DNA of 64,000 nt, taken from an uncultured Methanolobus sp. Lineage in GTDB: Archaea; Halobacteriota; Methanosarcinia; Methanosarcinales; Methanosarcinaceae. Below, piece by piece: positions 43,626-53,845 of this stretch (the stretch's first letter is position 1; every line of letters starts with the position of its first letter). Where the stretch lies: NCBI GenBank assembly GCA_963675495.1, contig OY776215.1:2784001-2848000 (forward strand), written 5' to 3'. The notes below the pieces were generated by a model, which was given only the letters and a program-made list of their open reading frames with translations, was not told the DNA's origin and searched no databases. The translations under genes were made by a program, and so were the position numbers.

Positions 43626-43793
43626 TTATTCAGGGTCCCTTCTGACATCGGGTCCCCTGTATATTCTCCTTCTTTCATAATCACCGTATCCGCGGTGTTT
43701 TTGGTCCCCTTTTTTCTGAACTTGTTTTTCAAATAACTCATCGAGTTCATCTTCATCGATCTCATTATCTTTTTTTTCATCTTCCGTTGACAT
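43626..43793 (-). CDS. Small 55-aa charged protein (not in ORF track)
   Basis: MSTEDEKKDNEIDEDELDELFEKQVQKKGDQKHRGYGDYERRRIYRGPDVRRDPE; GTGAT RBS; begins just after nif3 stop. Confidence 0.55.
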   Translation of the reverse strand: MSTEDEKKDNEIDEDELDELFEKQVQKKGDQKHRGYGDYERRRIYRGPDVRRDPE

Positions 43794-43807
43794 GTGATCA
43801 CAGTTTT

Positions 43808-44548
43808 TTAAATGGTTTTGATAAATGGGTCATGGTCTATGAATTCCACATCGAGTTTCAATTTTTCTGCAAGTCTTGGACAAAGGTCCTGCATACCTGG
43901 ATTTTCTGTAGCGTAATGTGTTGCATCCACAAGGAGCATATCACTGAAAGAGCGTATTATGTCGTGTTTGATTTCTGATGACACGTAAGCATCTGCGCCA
44001 TATTCTCTTGCAGTTTCAATATACTCTGACCTGAAACCACTGCCTCCGAAAACCATCACTTTCCTTATTTCTTCTTTGTTGCCTGTATACTGTATGTGTG
44101 TGTTAAGGCTCTTTGAAACATGGTTGACAAAAGTTTCCGTTGAACATGGAGTAATTGTTCCGATTCTTCCAATGGGTATTTCCTTTACATCAGCCAATCC
44201 CAGCCTGTTTGCAAGAGCATCATTTATGCCGCCCTTCGCTTTATCAAAATTCGTGTGCATGGAATATAGTGAGATTCCATTATCAATTGCTATTTTGAGG
44301 CTGTCTGCCAGTTTTTTGTCAATGCAGTTGATAGGGTGGAAGATAAGTGTGTGGTGTGTGATAAGTATGTCTGCACCTATCTTTGCAGCCCTGTTAAGCA
44401 CATATTCTGTGGGGTCAAGGGCAACAGCAATTTTGCAAACATCATTTTCCAGGTTCAGTGTAAGCCCTATTCTTCCAATATCAAAATCTTCAGCAAGCTC
44501 AGGAGGAGCAATTTGTTCGAGAACGTGTACAATGTCTTTTAGTTGCAT
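43808..44548 (-). CDS. Nif3-like dinuclear metal centre protein
   Basis: IAPPELAEDFD, ITHH, MHTNFD, SSEIKH, THYATE. Confidence 0.92.
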   Translation of the reverse strand: MQLKDIVHVLEQIAPPELAEDFDIGRIGLTLNLENDVCKIAVALDPTEYVLNRAAKIGADILITHHTLIFHPINCIDKKLADSLKIAIDNGISLYSMHTNFDKAKGGINDALANRLGLADVKEIPIGRIGTITPCSTETFVNHVSKSLNTHIQYTGNKEEIRKVMVFGGSGFRSEYIETAREYGADAYVSSEIKHDIIRSFSDMLLVDATHYATENPGMQDLCPRLAEKLKLDVEFIDHDPFIKTI

Positions 44549-44734
44549 AGAACAGGATTACTTTTGAATCGATTTGAACCTGTCGGAAAATAATTGCTTT
44601 TATTCTTGCTCGCTAATATCTATTTAATTTTATTTTAAATATTTTTATACAATCGAAGCATTCAAATAGGTTCAATGTATATTTATATATAAATAATATA
44701 TTATATCACGATAATAAATAATAGAGGATAGCTC

Positions 44735-45478
44735 ATGAGGATAAAGACAGGCATAGAAGGTTTTGACGAAATGGTGCAAGGCGGTTTACTTGCAGAGCGT
44801 GTTTATCTGGTAAGCGGTCCACCAGGTAGTGGGAAGACGACTTTTTCCGTGCAGTACCTTGCACATGGTGCAGCTCTTGGAGAAGTAGGTCTTTATGTGA
44901 CATTGCTCGAAAGTCCGCAGAATATTATTGATGATATGTCAAACTATTCTCTTAGTGTAGTACCTCTAATTAAAATGAAAAAATTGCTTTTTGCGGATCT
45001 TGGTCCACGAATGGAATATGGTTTCATGGATGAAATGAGTGAATATATCACACCGGACTATGAAGTATCAGCAACTTCAGCTGAACATGAAGCTCCTTCC
45101 CCTGCTATGGTATTCAGGGAAATAGCTGCCTATGTAGCAGAATATGATGTAAAAAGGCTGGTCATAGACTCCGTCTCAGCAATAAGGTTCACTACACGGG
45201 ATATGTCCCTTCAGGAAAAAGAAATGAGCCGTTTCATCAGGAATCTTAAGAAACTTGGTTGCACTACTATACTCATTTCCGAAATGACCGATCCGAGTGC
45301 CTACTCTACAGAACAGTTTGCAGCCCACGGAGTAATTTTCATGCATAATTTCCTCTATGATAAAACAATGACTCGTGCACTACAGGTCATTAAAATGAGG
45401 GGCACACGGCATGATTGCAATATGCGTTCCGTAAATTTCGGTGACACGGGACTTGTAGTTACTGATCTTCTTGAATGA
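44735..45478 (+). CDS. KaiC/RAD55-family ATPase
   Basis: KTGIEGFD, GPPGSGKTT, RLVIDS, KMRGTRH. Confidence 0.9.
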   Translation: MRIKTGIEGFDEMVQGGLLAERVYLVSGPPGSGKTTFSVQYLAHGAALGEVGLYVTLLESPQNIIDDMSNYSLSVVPLIKMKKLLFADLGPRMEYGFMDEMSEYITPDYEVSATSAEHEAPSPAMVFREIAAYVAEYDVKRLVIDSVSAIRFTTRDMSLQEKEMSRFIRNLKKLGCTTILISEMTDPSAYSTEQFAAHGVIFMHNFLYDKTMTRALQVIKMRGTRHDCNMRSVNFGDTGLVVTDLLE

Positions 45479-45490
45479 TGGTGTTTGCGA

Positions 45491-45997
45491 ATGGTACGAT
45501 TCTTTGCGAAAAAAGAAGAAAAAACCCAGCTTACTGATTCCGAGATAGCTGAACTCTCTAAAAATGCCTATGATCTTGGATTTGAGGTAGGGTACCATAA
45601 ACATTCTGAACTTGGATGGGTCAGTGAACGATATTCTATGCTTGATGATCTTGGCAAAGAGGCTGGACTTGATAATCTGGTCAAAGAACAGTATACAAAA
45701 GGCAAACAAGGCGGCATAAAAGCTAAAGAAAGGGACATAAACGCCGGTCTTTCTAAAAAAGAACCTCAAAAAAAGCGTAATGAATCCAAAGTTGATTATA
45801 ATGCTTTCAACAAAGATCACCAGGAAAAATTAATTGAATCAGGTTTCAGGAGTTCTCTGGTTACCAATGATCATGCTTTTGGCATGATTAGCCAGCCTTC
45901 ATGTATGAATCTCCCAGAATCTACTTCCAGGACCAGAGCTCTTGACCGACCTTCCCAATTGCAAGGATTCAAGCCCTTGTACTCTAAAAACAAATAA
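45491..45997 (+). CDS. Hypothetical protein downstream of the KaiC-like ATPase
   Basis: ORF with AYDLGFEVGY..HSELGWV; co-oriented with KaiC gene. Confidence 0.65.
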   Translation: MVRFFAKKEEKTQLTDSEIAELSKNAYDLGFEVGYHKHSELGWVSERYSMLDDLGKEAGLDNLVKEQYTKGKQGGIKAKERDINAGLSKKEPQKKRNESKVDYNAFNKDHQEKLIESGFRSSLVTNDHAFGMISQPSCMNLPESTSRTRALDRPSQLQGFKPLYSKNK

Positions 45998-46025
45998 TTT
46001 TCTTTAATCTATATCTGGTATTTTT

Positions 46026-47624
46026 ATGTTAACAAAAGAAATTTTCTCGCTGTTGTTTATTGTTTTGATCTTGTTCAGTTCATCTGCAATGGCATACGAG
46101 CTGGATGATATTGAATGGAGTGATAGTGCTGATGAAAGTGGGACCCTTAATTGGGGCGGCACATTAACGTCAAATGACTACACCATAAAAGTTGAAGATT
46201 TCAATGAAGATGGTTTTGTAAGTATCGGCATCTATCGCGATGGTCAACTACAAAAGAAATCTCCTGCACGTGCAGGCGAAGGGTTTGAATTCCTCGACAC
46301 TGAAAAAGGAGATGATCTGCGTATCTTAGTAAAGTCTGTAACTCTCAATATTGATGAATGGACGGGAAATATGGAAAACCCCAAAACAGCTATAGAGGTT
46401 TATGAAAGGGGCATACCTGAAATGGACATTTCAATTGAACCTGAAAAGGATACGTATGATCCACGAACAGTTTCTTATCAAACCATAATCGCAACAATTG
46501 ATATCGAGAACGAAGGTGATGCTAAAGCATACGATATGGATGTAGAAATAGATGTGAATGGGATGGAATTTGTTGACGGCAAGTCCAGTCATCATTTTAT
46601 TTCCATAGACGAGGATGAAATACTGGAGCCCATAGAGATCGAACTGGAAATTCCACATTACTGGGAAGAAACGGATGTAGATATTACAGTTACAACAAAA
46701 TCTGAAGATATCAATGGTGAAATACTCGAAGATACTGAAACGGAAACTATCACTATAGAACCGGCAGTAGAACTTGTTATTACAAAAACGGTAACCGATG
46801 AGATATATATGGATGAGACTGCTCATGTTTCTGTCAATATATGGAACAATGGGATCTATAGCCTGAGTTCGGTGTCTGTTACCAATCCAAAAACTGAAGA
46901 TCTTGAAATACAGGATAACGTTGATAATGAAGTTACACTTTCTTTCAATTCAAAGGAAACCAAGGCAAAAGTATTCGAATATACTTTAAAGCCTACAAAG
47001 ACCGGCAAGTATTCAGTTCCTGCAGCCACTGCTACTTTCACTGCTCCTAACGGAAAAGAATATACATTCACGTCAGAAAAAGCTAGTATCCAGATAGATG
47101 GTCCTGATATTGTTCTTACTAAAGCTGTGAGTCCGTCAACTGCAAATCCTGGTGATGAGGTTACTGTAAAGGTTACAGTAAAGAATCAGGGTACAAATGA
47201 TGCCAGTGTAACTACTACCGAAACCATACCCGATACTGTGACATTTGTAAGTGGTGACCTGAGTTTCCATGATGTTGTTGCAGAAGGAAAATCTTATTCT
47301 TATTCTTATGTCGTTCAGGTGGATGAACCGGGGGAACTGAAGTTTCCTGAAACATCTGCAACGTTCATAGATTTTGAGGAATATAAGGGTGAAAAAATAT
47401 CCAACATGGCAATAATCACTGTAATTGATCCGTCGGCAGAAAATCCAGAGAGTGCATCTTCAGGAAGTTCAGATAATACTGACCAGCAGGTAAGTAGCAG
47501 TAATCAGGATTCAAGCTATAGCAGTAATATCGATGATACCAGGGTAGAGCCAGGATTTGAAGCAAGTTTTATGATACTGGCGCTTTTCGGTGTATACTTC
47601 ATATCCAGACGTAAAGACAGGTAA
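46026..47624 (+). CDS. Cell-surface Ig-like (BatD/DUF11) protein with PGF-CTERM
   Basis: Signal peptide, Ig-like repeats, Ser-rich linker, EPGF + TM + RRKDR. Confidence 0.85.
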   Translation: MLTKEIFSLLFIVLILFSSSAMAYELDDIEWSDSADESGTLNWGGTLTSNDYTIKVEDFNEDGFVSIGIYRDGQLQKKSPARAGEGFEFLDTEKGDDLRILVKSVTLNIDEWTGNMENPKTAIEVYERGIPEMDISIEPEKDTYDPRTVSYQTIIATIDIENEGDAKAYDMDVEIDVNGMEFVDGKSSHHFISIDEDEILEPIEIELEIPHYWEETDVDITVTTKSEDINGEILEDTETETITIEPAVELVITKTVTDEIYMDETAHVSVNIWNNGIYSLSSVSVTNPKTEDLEIQDNVDNEVTLSFNSKETKAKVFEYTLKPTKTGKYSVPAATATFTAPNGKEYTFTSEKASIQIDGPDIVLTKAVSPSTANPGDEVTVKVTVKNQGTNDASVTTTETIPDTVTFVSGDLSFHDVVAEGKSYSYSYVVQVDEPGELKFPETSATFIDFEEYKGEKISNMAIITVIDPSAENPESASSGSSDNTDQQVSSSNQDSSYSSNIDDTRVEPGFEASFMILALFGVYFISRRKDR

Positions 47625-47631
47625 TGACTTC

Positions 47632-48924
47632 ATGAGGCAGCGAATAGTTCTGTTCATTGGACTGGCTGTGCTATTACTAATTTCCTGCGTTGTTGCAGGA
47701 GCACAGTCAGATGAAATTGAATGGTTGGATGCCCAGGAATATACTCTTTATTGGGGAGATGAGATTAACCATAGTGGTTATCTCATAACTGCTTCTGACT
47801 TTTCCCCTGCAAAACCAACGGATAATGAAAATGACTACGTAATGCTCACGGTATCAAGCATTTACCATGATTCGTGGGGTGCAATATTAGCTAACAATAC
47901 CGAGATATCCAATAACAGTGTTTTTGATGACAGGCTTAACATAACAGCTCTTGAAATTATCACTGGCAATGATATCCCTGCTCCTTATACTACTCTTAAT
48001 GTTGCTATTTCTAATTCCACCGGTTCTTTACCTGTTAAAATGACATGGATGGATGCAACACTTGAATTTGAAGACCGGATGAGCAATGAAGTGTATATTG
48101 ATGAAAGAGCTCATTTCTCAATGAAAATAAAGAACTTGAAAGAAATCTCTCTGGAATCTGTGAGTATCAATGAATTTATTCCCTCAGAATTTGTTTTTGA
48201 TCCTGACTCTGATATAAAATGGAATCTTTCGTTTGACCCGTATGAAACAAAGACATTGGAATATTCATTAAAAGCTTTGAGACCGGGAACTTACAAGTTC
48301 AATGGGACCATAATCACAGTTGAACATGAGGGAAGGACTTATTCCAAAGAGCTGAATTCTTCAAATCTGACCGTTCACGGTCCATTCATAAGTATAAATA
48401 AGTCCATCTCCAATAGTAATGTTCTCTTAAATGACCAGGTGAATATCTCTCTGGATATCAGCAATGAAGGGGATAGGGCAGCTCATGTGGCTATTTCAGA
48501 CCAATTACCTATAGGTGCTGTTCTTGTTTCCAGTAATACTGGCATGGACAGTGTTCTTCGTTCAGGCGCCAACATTTCACTTGATTATTCAGTACGAATG
48601 GAAAAGTTAGGGGACATTGTTATACCTGCAGCCCAGGTTAAGTTTGTGGATTCAAAGGAATATGAAGGAATAATTTATTCTGAAAAACAGATAATGCATG
48701 TCCTAAGTCCTGGTGACACAACATCTTCTGATGTTTATGGCTATCAGGATTATCTTGATGAAACTTCATATGACGAAGAATACCCGGAGTACGTGGATGA
48801 TGTTGTTGAAACAGATGAAAGTGTTCCTGATGAAAGCGAAGATCATGGAAAGGTCCAATTCTTATATGACATTCTGGATTCAATAAGTGGGTTCCTGAAG
48901 AATACCAAAGACAAAATACTATAA
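47632..48924 (+). CDS. Secreted Ig-like (BatD/DUF11) protein, paralog of the upstream gene
   Basis: Signal peptide, DEIEW and TLYWG similar to upstream DDIEW/TLNWG, HGPFISINK, acidic tail. Confidence 0.75.
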   Translation: MRQRIVLFIGLAVLLLISCVVAGAQSDEIEWLDAQEYTLYWGDEINHSGYLITASDFSPAKPTDNENDYVMLTVSSIYHDSWGAILANNTEISNNSVFDDRLNITALEIITGNDIPAPYTTLNVAISNSTGSLPVKMTWMDATLEFEDRMSNEVYIDERAHFSMKIKNLKEISLESVSINEFIPSEFVFDPDSDIKWNLSFDPYETKTLEYSLKALRPGTYKFNGTIITVEHEGRTYSKELNSSNLTVHGPFISINKSISNSNVLLNDQVNISLDISNEGDRAAHVAISDQLPIGAVLVSSNTGMDSVLRSGANISLDYSVRMEKLGDIVIPAAQVKFVDSKEYEGIIYSEKQIMHVLSPGDTTSSDVYGYQDYLDETSYDEEYPEYVDDVVETDESVPDESEDHGKVQFLYDILDSISGFLKNTKDKIL

Positions 48925-49001
48925 AGCACATTCTTAATTCTGACTTCTAATATTTTGGCCAATTGCCTTTGTTCCATTTATGATATCTGTGGGATGCTTT
49001 C

Positions 49002-49994
49002 ATGACAATACCCAATGAAAATGATAAAAGACCTTCGTTGATCCTTACACATGGTGATTCGGATGGTGTCTGTTCAGGTGCTATTGCAAAGAGTGCCTAT
49101 CCTGATTCAGATGTCTATTTTACATCGCCTATAGGTGTACTGGATGAACTGCATCTTGCCGATGGGTATGAAAATGTGATAATATGCGATATTGCTGTTG
49201 ATGAAAGCAAGTGTATTGACCTTTTCAAACGACTTGGGGAAATTGCGGAGAATTCAAATCTTACATATATCGATCATCATCCCTTACCTGAGAAATGTAT
49301 AACTGCCGACTGGCTGCATCATGACCTGACCGTCTGTGCATCGGAACTAACATATAAGGTTCTTGAGAAAAGATTGAGCCGGGATATGCGCAGGGTAGCT
49401 ATATACGGTGCCATAGGGGACTATTATGACAATACTCCGTCTGTAAAAGAATGGCTGCGTGATTGGGATAAGAGGAGTTTGTTCTTTCAGGCAGGAACAC
49501 TTATCCAGGCACTTATCTATGCAGGCAGGAATTATGATTTCAAAAGGAAACTGCTTTTACCATTATCACAGGATAAGATCCCCACAGAGATTCCGAATGT
49601 GCTCAAATATGCAAAAGAAGGTGCAGATCTTGAGGAAAAACTGCGTATCCATGTAAAGAAAGAGGTCAGAACGCTTGAGAACCTGGCATATGTAGTGGAC
49701 CCTAACGGTTATATGTCAAAATCTGCTATATACGCTGCTTCTTACGGAAGAAAAGATGTGGGCATTTCGGCTGAGTACAGGCATAAGCGACATGCATACG
49801 ATATGAGTATGCGCTCGCGGGATACAGTGGACCTGAACGTACTCTTACGTTGCATAGCACCAAAGTTTGGTGGTAGTGGTGGCGGCCATGCAGCTGCTGC
49901 AGGTGCGAGGATACCTAAGGAATCTTTTAAAGCATTCCTCCGTGAGTTCGATAAGGCCATCGGAAATGAAAAACGTAAGGTTAAAGTGGATTAA
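49002..49994 (+). CDS. DHH/DHHA1 family phosphoesterase
   Basis: THGDSDG, ICD, IDHH, GGGHAAAAG. Confidence 0.9.
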   Translation: MTIPNENDKRPSLILTHGDSDGVCSGAIAKSAYPDSDVYFTSPIGVLDELHLADGYENVIICDIAVDESKCIDLFKRLGEIAENSNLTYIDHHPLPEKCITADWLHHDLTVCASELTYKVLEKRLSRDMRRVAIYGAIGDYYDNTPSVKEWLRDWDKRSLFFQAGTLIQALIYAGRNYDFKRKLLLPLSQDKIPTEIPNVLKYAKEGADLEEKLRIHVKKEVRTLENLAYVVDPNGYMSKSAIYAASYGRKDVGISAEYRHKRHAYDMSMRSRDTVDLNVLLRCIAPKFGGSGGGHAAAAGARIPKESFKAFLREFDKAIGNEKRKVKVD

Positions 49995-49995
49995 A

Positions 49996-50622
49996 ATGGC
50001 AAAAAAAGTAGATGATTTTGAAGGTGTGAATTTTGAGATACTTTTTGCGGGAAGATCAAACGTAGGTAAATCTTCCGTTCTAAAGCAGATCACAGGAAAG
50101 AATGTCAAGGTGGGCAAACGCCCCGGAGTGACACTAAAACCTACTCACATACGTTATTCTGATCTCTTGCTCACAGACCTGCCCGGGTTCGGGTTCATGA
50201 GCGGTGTGAAGGATCGTAAACAGGATATTGTCAAAGACCAGATCGTGCGTTATATTGAGACAAATGCAGAAAGAGTTAGTATTGCCGTACTGGTCATTGA
50301 CGGTGCGACTTTCCTTGATATTGTGCAGCGATGGGAAGATCGGAACGAAATCCCCATCGATGTTGAAATATTCGAGTTGTTCAAAGAACTTGGTATCGAT
50401 ATTATCCTGGCGGTCAATAAGACTGACAAGATAGGGGAAAATGAACTTGATTCAACTCTGGATGGGATATGCGATAAACTTGAAATGCTGCCACCTTGGA
50501 AGCAGTGGATCGATACTGTGGCCCCTATCTGTGCTAAAAAAGGCGATATCAAATCCCTGAAATCACTTATCAGGCAGAGGTTGCATAGTGTTAAAAGAGA
50601 TGACCTGTTCAAATATATCTAA
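49996..50622 (+). CDS. engB: GTP-binding protein EngB/YihA
   Basis: GRSNVGKS, PGVT, DLPGFG, NKTD. Confidence 0.9.
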   Translation: MAKKVDDFEGVNFEILFAGRSNVGKSSVLKQITGKNVKVGKRPGVTLKPTHIRYSDLLLTDLPGFGFMSGVKDRKQDIVKDQIVRYIETNAERVSIAVLVIDGATFLDIVQRWEDRNEIPIDVEIFELFKELGIDIILAVNKTDKIGENELDSTLDGICDKLEMLPPWKQWIDTVAPICAKKGDIKSLKSLIRQRLHSVKRDDLFKYI

Positions 50623-50632
50623 GGTCTGAATT

Positions 50633-51250
50633 TTATCTTGCCCTGAAAGAAGCACCTATATCGGTTGCTATTCTTTCACATTCCTTGATGTCAATGTCCG
50701 GTTGGGTGACAACGGTCATACGGGTCTTGATCCCGACATCAACTGCTTTTTTTGTAAAGTCAAGGAGTGCCTTGTATGAACCTTCAAATTCAGGTTTGCA
50801 CAACTGATTGTATTTCTCTTCCGATTCTGCATTGAGGCTCACAGAAACCGCATCAAGACCTGCTTCTTTCAATTCCGTGACAACATCCCTGCCAGGCTGC
50901 ATGAGTGCTGCGTGACCGTTTGTATCCAGCCTGACATGTTTTCCCTTTTTGTGTAGCCAGCTGGTTATGTGAAGAACTGTATCAAATCTGCATGTTGGCT
51001 CGCCAAACCCGGTAAAAACAACTTCATTATACTTTGTAAGGTCAAGATTTTCCAGCTCTTTTATGACCTCGTCTTCAGAAGGTTCTCTTGAAAGACGAAG
51101 GTTGTAACCGTAAACCCCGTCGCAGGTTTCCCGGATGCAAAAAACACAATTTGCACTGCACTGGTTTGTTATGTTTAGATAAAGATTGCCATATGCTTCA
51201 TAAGTAATTGTATCTTTGAGCATAGGAATACTGCTGTCAGTGTCTGGCAT
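50633..51250 (-). CDS. TatD-associated radical SAM protein
   Basis: LYLNITNQCSANCVFCIR, FTGFGEPT, LDTNG, SVSLNA. Confidence 0.9.
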   Translation of the reverse strand: MPDTDSSIPMLKDTITYEAYGNLYLNITNQCSANCVFCIRETCDGVYGYNLRLSREPSEDEVIKELENLDLTKYNEVVFTGFGEPTCRFDTVLHITSWLHKKGKHVRLDTNGHAALMQPGRDVVTELKEAGLDAVSVSLNAESEEKYNQLCKPEFEGSYKALLDFTKKAVDVGIKTRMTVVTQPDIDIKECERIATDIGASFRAR

Positions 51251-51269
51251 TTGTGTTCTCCTGCTATTT

Positions 51270-51623
51270 TTACCTTGTCCAGCTCCCATTAGGGAGTAGT
51301 TCGTAGTTAATTGCTGGCACATTTTTGAGGAAGTACATCAGTGCTTTGGTGCCGTTTTCAAGTTCTACTTCTTCTCTGAAGTACCATTCACCTTCATATT
51401 CATCCAGAATTTCAAGGGTACGTGGGGAGATTTCATATACTTCCCCATATATCGATGAACTTGATTGTGATGTCTTTTTATCTTTCAGGACACCGGGGAA
51501 GCGTCCAAGATCGATCATGGTGTATTTTTCTATTGTCCTTGTTGTGCAGATATATCTGGAACCATTCAGTAATTGATGGTTCGAATCTCCTTTTTTAAGA
51601 GTGCCGTATACGAAGATGTGCAT
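51270..51623 (-). CDS. Gamma-glutamylcyclotransferase (AIG2-like)
   Basis: FVYGTLK, GEVYE, LDEYEG. Confidence 0.88.
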   Translation of the reverse strand: MHIFVYGTLKKGDSNHQLLNGSRYICTTRTIEKYTMIDLGRFPGVLKDKKTSQSSSSIYGEVYEISPRTLEILDEYEGEWYFREEVELENGTKALMYFLKNVPAINYELLPNGSWTR

Positions 51624-52814
51624 TTAACTGAGTCCCACGTTCAGTTTCAATAATTTTTTTCTGACAGGTTCGGGAAGCTGTCCGCACTGGATAGCTTTCA
51701 TCTGCTCAGGACTTATCATTTTGATGGCTGTGGACATAAGCCTGTCGGAAAGCATTAGCCTGTCCATTAGTTTGCGGACGTAGACTGCAGTTTTGATCTC
51801 AAGTCCCATTTGCTGGCGCCACCGTGTTTCGTATTCCTGGAGCTGGCATTTGCCTTCAAGGAATTCAGCAGCAGTCTCACCTGCAAGTTTGCCTCCAACC
51901 ATTGCTGTTGATATACCGCCTCCATTGGTTGCGATTATATGACCGGCCGCGTCACCTGCAAGTAGTGTGTTATGATTTGCAGTTACTTTTGGTGCTCCGC
52001 CCACCGGAACAAGTCCTGCTACTATTGAAGTGATCGATGCGCCACTGAGTTTTTCGCTGGCTATGGGGTGTTTGTACATGAAGCGTTCGAGATAGTCCCT
52101 GGCACAGAGATGTTGTTCAAAGAGTGCTTCCCTGATACCTACACCGATGTTTGCAGTATCTCCTCCCTGGGATATTATCCATGCATATCCGCCGGGAACA
52201 TAGTCTTTTCCAAAGTACATTTCTACGGCATCCTTGTCGACGTCTACGCCACCAAGTTCATACTCAAATGCTATGCCAGTTCCCATGGGGTCATCATCAC
52301 GCAGCATGTTGTTGGCTTTTGCTACGATGGAATTGGGGCCATCGGCTCCTATGATGATCTTGCCTTCTACATCGAATTCACCGAATGCCCCGTCCATGAA
52401 GAGTTTTGTGCCATCTACTTCGGTGACGTTCGTCCCGATCAGTAGATGTGCGCCTGCTTTGCCTGCTTCTTTTGCCAGGTGTTTGTCAAAGCGTCTTCTG
52501 TCAATGGCATCGGCGTCCACATCAAAACCTTTGGATATACCATTTGGTGCTATAAAACGCTGGTATGAGGCTGTTGCATGTATGCAGTTCGGAGGTATCT
52601 CTTCAAGGGTGACAGGCAGTTCTGCGTTTGGCACGAGTTCCTGCAGGATTGGATAATGGGGAAGAAAACCTCCGCATTGCAGTGGTACTCCTATGTCCTT
52701 CTTCTTTTCCACCAGAAGTACGGACAGGTCTTTTTCAGCTGCGTACATGGCTGCTGTGGAGCCGGCTGGTCCTGCCCCCACAACGATGATGTCATATGAG
52801 TCTTCAGGTTTCAT
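51624..52814 (-). CDS. Geranylgeranyl reductase family flavoprotein
   Basis: VGAGPAG, IDRRRFD, IGADG, PGGYAW, GDAAG, GGGI. Confidence 0.9.
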   Translation of the reverse strand: MKPEDSYDIIVVGAGPAGSTAAMYAAEKDLSVLLVEKKKDIGVPLQCGGFLPHYPILQELVPNAELPVTLEEIPPNCIHATASYQRFIAPNGISKGFDVDADAIDRRRFDKHLAKEAGKAGAHLLIGTNVTEVDGTKLFMDGAFGEFDVEGKIIIGADGPNSIVAKANNMLRDDDPMGTGIAFEYELGGVDVDKDAVEMYFGKDYVPGGYAWIISQGGDTANIGVGIREALFEQHLCARDYLERFMYKHPIASEKLSGASITSIVAGLVPVGGAPKVTANHNTLLAGDAAGHIIATNGGGISTAMVGGKLAGETAAEFLEGKCQLQEYETRWRQQMGLEIKTAVYVRKLMDRLMLSDRLMSTAIKMISPEQMKAIQCGQLPEPVRKKLLKLNVGLS

Positions 52815-52965
52815 GTCTGGTTTTTAAGTTGATCAGATGTGGGTATTTCACCGGGTGATGTTGCACCCGTGGGTCTTTTGCCTATGTTTCAATATGCTTA
52901 TCACAAAACACATTCTATTAGATATATCTAACTATTATCTAATATTATCCATTATGGTGAGATAT

Positions 52966-53706
52966 ATGGTACACGAACACAGGAACAATGTATGGGTAGT
53001 ACGGACAGGTTATTGTGATGAGCAGGAAAAAATCTGCATTAAAAGAGATTTCATTTCATTTGACCTGAACATGCATGTTACGGACCTGTTCGGGAACGAG
53101 CTTATGGATATGAAGCACCAGCCTCCAAATTACAAGAAGTATATGCATTTTGGGGATAAGTACCGGGATTTTGACCAGAGGTTTAGAAAAGAGTTCGATG
53201 ATGCCATTAAAAATATGGATTGTTCTGCAGATAGGCCTGAAGTAGTGAAGAAGATGAAGCGGCTTAACAGTAAGCTTGAGAAGTTTGATGAGGAGGTGAA
53301 GCAGTTCGATGCTACTATGCATAAGTTCGACGAGTTTGAAAGAATAGAGCAGATGAAAAAAGCCCTGCTTGCCAGACTCAGTTCACCTCCTGATGACCTG
53401 CTTGAGATCTGGGCTAAGGATATGCTGCATTTTATCAAAGATATAAGGATTTATGATCTCATTGTCATTCCTCTGATGAGTGTCAAACAGGTGGCAATTG
53501 GCAGGGTTCGGGATAATTACAAGTACCGGGAAGGCAAAGGCGTCCTGAGCCATAGTAGAAAGATGGATTGGCATGATACCAGAGTCCCTTTTGAGAATAT
53601 GTTCTTCGGTTTTGAGGAGATACTGGAGTCAAAGTCATCGATAACACTTCTTGATGATGATGCCAGGGATTTTGTCCAGGGTATTGTTGTAGATGAGACT
53701 TTCTGA
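52966..53706 (+). CDS. Hypothetical protein resembling the N-terminal domain of Mrr-like restriction proteins, with coiled-coil insert
   Basis: VWVVRTG, FIKDIRIYDLIVIP, AIGRVRDNYKY, HSRKMDW; RBS GGTGAG. Confidence 0.55.
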   Translation: MVHEHRNNVWVVRTGYCDEQEKICIKRDFISFDLNMHVTDLFGNELMDMKHQPPNYKKYMHFGDKYRDFDQRFRKEFDDAIKNMDCSADRPEVVKKMKRLNSKLEKFDEEVKQFDATMHKFDEFERIEQMKKALLARLSSPPDDLLEIWAKDMLHFIKDIRIYDLIVIPLMSVKQVAIGRVRDNYKYREGKGVLSHSRKMDWHDTRVPFENMFFGFEEILESKSSITLLDDDARDFVQGIVVDETF

Positions 53707-53845
53707 TAATTATTAGCTATTTTCCTTCTTCTTTTTTATTTTGCTGGCAAAAGATTCTTAAAGGCATATGAGTATAGCGAGCAGGTAATTTCATTCATAG
53801 ATTTCGTTAATAAATCTAACTATTAATCTAATAACTAATATTGAG

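Noticed and set aside
43619-43801. 60-aa track ORF
   Set aside because: The overlapping 55-aa frame has an ATG with RBS and more natural composition
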